NCBI GenBank assembly: GCA_027021705.1
Contig: JALUTT010000155.1
Span: 1 to 23,851 of the forward strand
Length of the DNA: 23,851 bases
Direction of reading: 5' to 3'
DNA from: Anaerolineae bacterium
GTDB lineage: Bacteria > Chloroflexota > Anaerolineae > S140-20
In this document: positions 17,379-23,851 of the stretch, piece after piece
Layout: each line of letters begins with the position of its first letter
Position numbering within the stretch: the stretch's first letter is position 1
Notes under the pieces: generated by a model
Told to the model about the DNA's origin: nothing
What the model saw: the letters and a program-made list of their open reading frames with translations, nothing else
Databases searched by the model: none
Program-made: the position numbers and the translations under genes

Positions 17379-17407
17379 TGGCCCAGTTGCAAGTGTGGGA
17401 GGATGGT

Positions 17408-18475
17408 ATGGCCACGTTGTACCTGACCGAGCCCCGCTCGTTGGTGAAGAAGGATGGCGACACCCTGGTCGTGCAGATCCCGGAGAACAAGGAGCGGGGC
17501 ACCCCGAAGCGGAAAGTGCGCGTCCCCCTCATCAAAGTCACCCAAGTCGTCGTCTACGGCGACGTCACCATCACCAGCCCGGCGCTGGCCGCGCTGTTGG
17601 AGCAGCGGGTGGATGTCTGCTTCTGCTCCTACTATGGCCGCTTCCGGGGCCGGCTGGCCCCGCCGATGGGCAAGAACAGCCTGATCCGGCTGGAGCAGCA
17701 CCGGGCCCACAACGATCCGGTCCGCTCCTTCACCCTGGCCCGCGCCTTCGTGCGGGGTAAGCTGGCCAACATGCGGGCGATGCTGATGCGGGCCAACCGC
17801 AAGCGGGAGGACCCGGCCATCGCCCAGGCCGTCGAATCCCTCAAGGGAGTCCTGAAGCAAGTGGACGGACTGGACCCCGAGGAGGCGATGGCACCCAAGA
17901 ACCCCTCGCGTCCCCAGGCCGACACCCTGCACGGCACCCTGCTGGGGCTGGAGGGGTCGGGAACCGCCTTCTACTACGGCGTCTTTGGCCGGTTGCTGAA
18001 GGGAGACTGGGGCTTCACGCGGCGGCAGCGTCGTCCCCCCAAGGACCCCATCAACGCCTTGCTTTCCTTTGGTTATGTCCTGCTGATGAACCAGGTCGCC
18101 TCGGCGGTCAGCATCGTTGGGTTGGACCCCTACGTTGGCTTCCTGCACTCCTCCCAGTTCGGCAAGCCGGCGCTGGCGCTGGACGTGATGGAAGCCTTTC
18201 GGCCCCTAGTGGTGGACTCGGTCGTGATGACGCTGATCAACAACGGGATGCTGCGCCGGAGTGATTTTCAAGAGGAGCTAGGGGCCTGGCGGCTGACGGA
18301 GAGGGGCCGGCGCACCTTCCTGACCAAGTTCGAGGAGCGACTGGAGACCGAGATCAAGCATCCCGTCTTCGGCTATCGGGCGACCTATCGGCGCTGTCTG
18401 GAGTTGGAAGTGCGGTTGGTGGCCAAGTGGCTTAGCGGAGAGATTCGACAGTTCAGGCCCTTCGTGGTAAGATAA
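17408..18475 (+). CDS. cas1: Cas1 integrase
   Basis: MATLYLTE, LLGLEG, RRPPKDPINALLSFGY, GLDPYVGFLH and LALDVMEAFR. GGGAGG RBS before 17408; ATG 17378 coupled to the cas4 stop is an alternative start. Confidence 0.95.
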   Translation: MATLYLTEPRSLVKKDGDTLVVQIPENKERGTPKRKVRVPLIKVTQVVVYGDVTITSPALAALLEQRVDVCFCSYYGRFRGRLAPPMGKNSLIRLEQHRAHNDPVRSFTLARAFVRGKLANMRAMLMRANRKREDPAIAQAVESLKGVLKQVDGLDPEEAMAPKNPSRPQADTLHGTLLGLEGSGTAFYYGVFGRLLKGDWGFTRRQRRPPKDPINALLSFGYVLLMNQVASAVSIVGLDPYVGFLHSSQFGKPALALDVMEAFRPLVVDSVVMTLINNGMLRRSDFQEELGAWRLTERGRRTFLTKFEERLETEIKHPVFGYRATYRRCLELEVRLVAKWLSGEIRQFRPFVVR

Positions 18476-18478
18476 TTT

Positions 18479-18775
18479 GTGAGACGCGGCAAGCAGCAAC
18501 GCACCCTCTACATCATCGCCTACGACATCCCCGATGATCGGCGACGCACCAAGGTACACAAAGTGCTCTCCGGTTTCGGTCGGTGGACCCAGTACAGCCT
18601 CTTCGAGTGTTATCTGAACGAGAAAGAGCTGATTGCCCTGCGGGGAAAGCTGGAGAAGGTCTTGGACCCTGAGGAAGACAACGTCCGGTTCTACCCCCTC
18701 TGTGCCGCCTGCGCCTCGAAGGTCGAGACCATCGGGTCGGAGAAACCCTCGGAGGAAGCCCTCTTCATCATCTAG
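18479..18775 (+). CDS. cas2: Cas2
   Basis: YIIAYDIPDDRRRTKVHKVLSGFGRWTQYSLFEC, DNVRFYPLC; directly after cas1. Confidence 0.96.
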   Translation: MRRGKQQRTLYIIAYDIPDDRRRTKVHKVLSGFGRWTQYSLFECYLNEKELIALRGKLEKVLDPEEDNVRFYPLCAACASKVETIGSEKPSEEALFII

Positions 18776-19130
18776 CCCATCCCTCTTCAGGCAACGCGGC
18801 GAGGGGGCTCTGGGGACGTGCGAGCGGTGAAGCGGAGGCCAAAGGCCCAGGAGGTGCTCGCGTCCGGGGCCGAAGTCCTTACCTCCCATATCTATGGGAA
18901 GGAAGGCGTATATCTCCCACATCTGGGGGATACTTCCGTTTCTGGCGGCGGGGCGGGAGCAAGGAGAGAGTTCATCCACCCATAAACGTGTCCACCCCTC
19001 GCAGAAAAAGGGGAGGTGGGGGAGAAGAAGCGTGAAAGGAGGGAAAACGCGAATGCTCTGGTTCGGATTGCCCTATGCAGGGGCTCAAACGGAAGCGAAA
19101 ACGGGCATCGTGCCCACGGGGATGTGAGCA
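18776..19130 (+). promoter_or_regulatory. CRISPR leader
   Basis: Non-coding gap between cas2 and the first repeat. Contains a GCGAGC...GCTCGC inverted pair (about 18820-18861) and two related palindromes (18885-18898, 18916-18929). Confidence 0.8.
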
Positions 19131-22100
19131 GTCCCACCCCACAGAATCCCGACCGAGGGATTGAAACCGTGGATGGCGGCGAGGAGGATCAGGAACGCCT
19201 TTCGTCCCACCCCACAGAATCCCGACCGAGGGATTGAAACCTTCGGGCTCGGGCTCATGCTCCTGGGGCTCAGGCAGAGGTCCCACCCCACAGAATCCCG
19301 ACCGAGGGATTGAAACAGAGCACGCTCTACCGCGTCGTTGCGGGGGAAGCGGTCCCACCCCACAGAATCCCGACCGAGGGATTGAAACTTTTTAGTCGCG
19401 CCTAAAACGGAAAGTAGGGGGGAGGTCCCACCCCACAGAATCCCGACCGAGGGATTGAAACGACTTGGACCCGCCCGAGGACTTGGAGCGGGAGCCCGTC
19501 CCACCCCACAGAATCCCGACCGAGGGATTGAAACTCCTTTCCCCGCACGCACCGAGGGGGGAAGCGCGTGGTCCCACCCCACAGAATCCCGACCGAGGGA
19601 TTGAAACATCAGAATGAAGATCAGCCCCAGCAAGGGGTTGAGCGTCCCACCCCACAGAATCCCGACCGAGGGATTGAAACTTGTCCAGTAGTTTGGTTTG
19701 AATCTTCGCGTTCATGTCCCACCCCACAGAATCCCGACCGAGGGATTGAAACTTGCACTCAGGACACCTCTTGTTCACCCTCCTATGTCCCACCCCACAG
19801 AATCCCGACCGAGGGATTGAAACAATCCATCAACCCTCTCCCACCCTCCGGGCACGGCGTCCCACCCCACAGAATCCCGACCGAGGGATTGAAACAATAT
19901 CCCTTGGGTATATCCTGAGCCTGCTATTCCCTGTCCCACCCCACAGAATCCCGACCGAGGGATTGAAACTCAATGATTTCAAACCAGAACTCTTTTAAAC
20001 AGGAGGTCCCACCCCACAGAATCCCGACCGAGGGATTGAAACTGTAGGAAACCACAGATTCTAGTAGGAAATTCTGTAGTCCCACCCCACAGAATCCCGA
20101 CCGAGGGATTGAAACGACGATTATCCTGACGAGCTCTTTACAGTTCCTACCGTCCCACCCCACAGAATCCCGACCGAGGGATTGAAACCAGAGCGGACCG
20201 CAAAAACGGCAAAACGTTTTGAAGTCCCACCCCACAGAATCCCGACCGAGGGATTGAAACCGGCTTGGCACATTGGACGCGCACGATGCGTGCCCCGTCC
20301 CACCCCACAGAATCCCGACCGAGGGATTGAAACCTTAAGTACTATATCCTCCTCTTAGCTTTTCCACTAGTCCCACCCCACAGAATCCCGACCGAGGGAT
20401 TGAAACCAGCCATTGTGCTCCAGCGTGACCACTTGGTCACCAAGGTCCCACCCCACAGAATCCCGACCGAGGGATTGAAACTACCCAGTCTATGCAGATT
20501 ATCAGTGGGATGATTCCGTCCCACCCCACAGAATCCCGACCGAGGGATTGAAACATTACTAGAGATTTTTGATGGGAATTTTGAAGCTGGTCCCACCCCA
20601 CAGAATCCCGACCGAGGGATTGAAACAAATTCATTTTGGCTCATACCAGAGCCGCTACTTCGTCCCACCCCACAGAATCCCGACCGAGGGATTGAAACCG
20701 ATGCCCCCGCCTTCAAAATTCATTGCAGAGATTGCAGTCCCACCCCACAGAATCCCGACCGAGGGATTGAAACTAATGCTCCAGGAAGATGAATCCTCTG
20801 GCCTTAAGAGGTCCCACCCCACAGAATCCCGACCGAGGGATTGAAACTTCTGGTGCGGGGCGGGGGGCCGCGCCCCTGGCCTCGTCCCACCCCACAGAAT
20901 CCCGACCGAGGGATTGAAACCACCTCCACCCCACTGTTGGTGGGGATGGGGTGGCGTCCCACCCCACAGAATCCCGACCGAGGGATTGAAACTTCCCCTC
21001 CGAGGGGGGGCCAGGGGGCCTGGCCTCGTCCCACCCCACAGAATCCCGACCGAGGGATTGAAACCGGGCGGGGGAGGGATTGCCCCCTCCCCCCTCTCCG
21101 AGGTCCCACCCCACAGAATCCCGACCGAGGGATTGAAACGGGGAAAGGAGGCGCAGTGTAGCTCAAGTGTCCGGGTCCCACCCCACAGAATCCCGACCGA
21201 GGGATTGAAACGGTCACATATCCTGCTCGGAGCAGAGCAGCCGCGAAGGTCCCACCCCACAGAATCCCGACCGAGGGATTGAAACCGGCCAGGGTGTCCA
21301 CCGCCCAGGTGAAAATGGCGCGGTCCCACCCCACAGAATCCCGACCGAGGGATTGAAACTTGCTAACGTCCATGTTCCGCTGACCACGTTAACGGGTCCC
21401 ACCCCACAGAATCCCGACCGAGGGATTGAAACCGCATTGGCTCAAAAGGCCGTTGAATGGGGAAAAGAGTCCCACCCCACAGAATCCCGACCGAGGGATT
21501 GAAACCTCGCCCGCTAGGGCGAAATCAATGAACCTTGCATAGTCCCACCCCACAGAATCCCGACCGAGGGATTGAAACTGTGAGACATCTTAACCTCCTT
21601 GGGATATTTGGGGAGTCCCACCCCACAGAATCCCGACCGAGGGATTGAAACCCTGCTTGATTTCGTGTGCTCCTGCTTTGGCGAGGGGTCCCACCCCACA
21701 GAATCCCGACCGAGGGATTGAAACCAAACCCTGGACACCCTTCGGAGAACACGAACCGCTGGTCCCACCCCACAGAATCCCGACCGAGGGATTGAAACAC
21801 GAAGCAGATCATGCACAAAGGGCACAGGACGCTGGTGGTCCCACCCCACAGAATCCCGACCGAGGGATTGAAACACCATCTTGCCGTCTTCGCTGCCCAG
21901 GGATGTGATGTCCCACCCCACAGAATCCCGACCGAGGGATTGAAACGCGACAAGACGATAGTGCAGCACGGCGACATGGTGGGTCCCACCCCACAGAATC
22001 CCGACCGAGGGATTGAAACCGTGAGAGGGCTCCCCCGGAATCCCTCAGCGAAGATGGTCCCACCCCACAGAATCCCGACCGAGGGATTGAAACACAACAA

Positions 22101-23706
22101 CAGCAACTGTGGGCTGGACAGTGGAAACAGTCCCACCCCACAGAATCCCGACCGAGGGATTGAAACACCACCTCCAGGTCGGCCCGCGCCAGGGAGGGGG
22201 TAGTCCCACCCCACAGAATCCCGACCGAGGGATTGAAACCAGCCCTCGCGCCTGAACCAGCGATACTCGCCTAGTCCCACCCCACAGAATCCCGACCGAG
22301 GGATTGAAACTGCAATAAGGAGGAAGAGCAATGAAACTTGAGATTAGTCCCACCCCACAGAATCCCGACCGAGGGATTGAAACATATCCTTTGCGGTAGA
22401 TGCATTGCTCTTCCTTGCGTCCCACCCCACAGAATCCCGACCGAGGGATTGAAACATCGAGCGCCTGCAGGGCCAAGTCGTGGTCCGGCAACGGTCCCAC
22501 CCCACAGAATCCCGACCGAGGGATTGAAACTGAGATATATATCCCGCCCTCAGAGATGGGGACCAGAGTCCCACCCCACAGAATCCCGACCGAGGGATTG
22601 AAACCCGGCTTGGTGTGGACCGGGTTGGTTATCGGTCATCGAGTCCCACCCCACAGAATCCCGACCGAGGGATTGAAACACAGATTCAGAAACGCTCGGA
22701 TGATCTGCATCACATCGTCCCACCCCACAGAATCCCGACCGAGGGATTGAAACCCCCCCAAATACCCTGATCTCCGCCCCTGTATTGTAGTCCCACCCCA
22801 CAGAATCCCGACCGAGGGATTGAAACGGCCGCCCCGGCCCCGCAGATCTCGGTCGGCGGGGAGTCCCACCCCACAGAATCCCGACCGAGGGATTGAAACC
22901 TGACGGCGCATATCCTCCGCCCCTAGGGCGGAGAGTCCCACCCCACAGAATCCCGACCGAGGGATTGAAACCCCGCGCTGCGGCGGCAGATGGGGCTGCT
23001 GGCCGCGTCCCACCCCACAGAATCCCGACCGAGGGATTGAAACTAATGGGACTGCCTTTGGACCCTAACAACCGAACAGAGTCCCACCCCACAGAATCCC
23101 GACCGAGGGATTGAAACTATGATTAGGTCTGCTTATTCTGGAATTACAGATGTGTCCCACCCCACAGAATCCCGACCGAGGGATTGAAACCTGTATCCAA
23201 AGCCCGGATTACAACGGTAGGAACTGTAGTCCCACCCCACAGAATCCCGACCGAGGGATTGAAACTCTTTCTACCGCGCCAGCACTGGAAACATCATCGT
23301 AGTCCCACCCCACAGAATCCCGACCGAGGGATTGAAACCATAAATATCCCCCTTATAATAGTTCAAGAGTTCGTCGTCCCACCCCACAGAATCCCGACCG
23401 AGGGATTGAAACCGACCAGGACCGCCCCGACGCTTGGATTCGCCCGTGTCCCACCCCACAGAATCCCGACCGAGGGATTGAAACTACATGCAATTCGGCC
23501 CCCTGGTCGCCAGAATGCAGGGGTCCCACCCCACAGAATCCCGACCGAGGGATTGAAACCACATCCTTAGCCACCGGGACCAAAGCCTTAGTGCAAGTCC
23601 CACCCCACAGAATCCCGACCGAGGGATTGAAACTCGTATAAATTCCTTTGGGATTGCCTCCTATGCCAGGTCCCACCCCACAGAATCCCGACCGAGGGAT
23701 TGAAAC
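19131..23706 (+). CRISPR. CRISPR array: 63 repeats GTCCCACCCCACAGAATCCCGACCGAGGGATTGAAAC (37 bp), 62 spacers of 34-39 bp
   Basis: Counted by hand; repeats appear identical. Internal hairpin AATCCC-GACCGA-GGGATT. The 3' ATTGAAAC end and the leader on the left give + orientation. Confidence 0.98.
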
Positions 23707-23851
23707 CCTTAACCAACCTAATATATTGGACTTTTGACAACAAGAGACAATAAGGCCCCATCCCCGGTTTGCGGGCCGGGGTGATGAAGCACCTTCATAA
23801 CGCAACAACCGAGCCGAGAAGGCCCCTTCAGGCCACTTTTCGGGACTTGAG

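Noticed and set aside
12765..18979. Antisense and alternate-frame ORFs over cas3d, cas6, cas4, cas1 and cas2
   Set aside because: They overlap confidently assigned cas genes and are typical high-GC3 artefacts.
21579..21614. Self-targeting spacer matching AAGGAGGTTAA upstream of the second cas7 (about 7763-7773)
   Set aside because: Only an 11-nt RBS-type match. No full-length spacer match in the window was noticed by eye, though the search was not exhaustive.
18972..23808. Many ORFs within the array (VPPHRIPTEGLK, FQSLGRDSVGWD repeats)
   Set aside because: Translations of CRISPR repeats and spacers.

Overview
A CRISPR-Cas locus with all supported genes on the + strand. The GC-rich host and gene set resemble Chloroflexota (inference). 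A complete type I-D system (cas10d with internal cas11d, cas7d, cas5d, cas3d, cas6, cas4, cas1, cas2) is followed by a leader and an array of 63 identical 37-bp repeats with 62 spacers (counted by hand). A csx15-like gene at the left edge hints at a type III module upstream. The standout is a ~7.4 kb, visibly lower-GC block (5413-12837) between cas5d and cas3d that encodes a second type I interference module: an HD-less large subunit with a Cas10d-like zinc finger and its own internal Cas11-like start, a Csc2-like Cas7, Cas5, a stand-alone HD nuclease, a Cas3' helicase and a second Cas6. This block is bounded by a 9-bp direct repeat and has an 11-bp tandem duplication at its left edge. A four-helix-bundle (23S-IVP/bAvd-like) gene flanked by inverted heptamer arrays lies between cas6 and cas4. 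A 14-bp near-palindrome recurs in the cas10d promoter and the CRISPR leader, and many spacers read as antisense to coding or RBS sequence. All family calls come from motif recognition by eye; no database searches were run.
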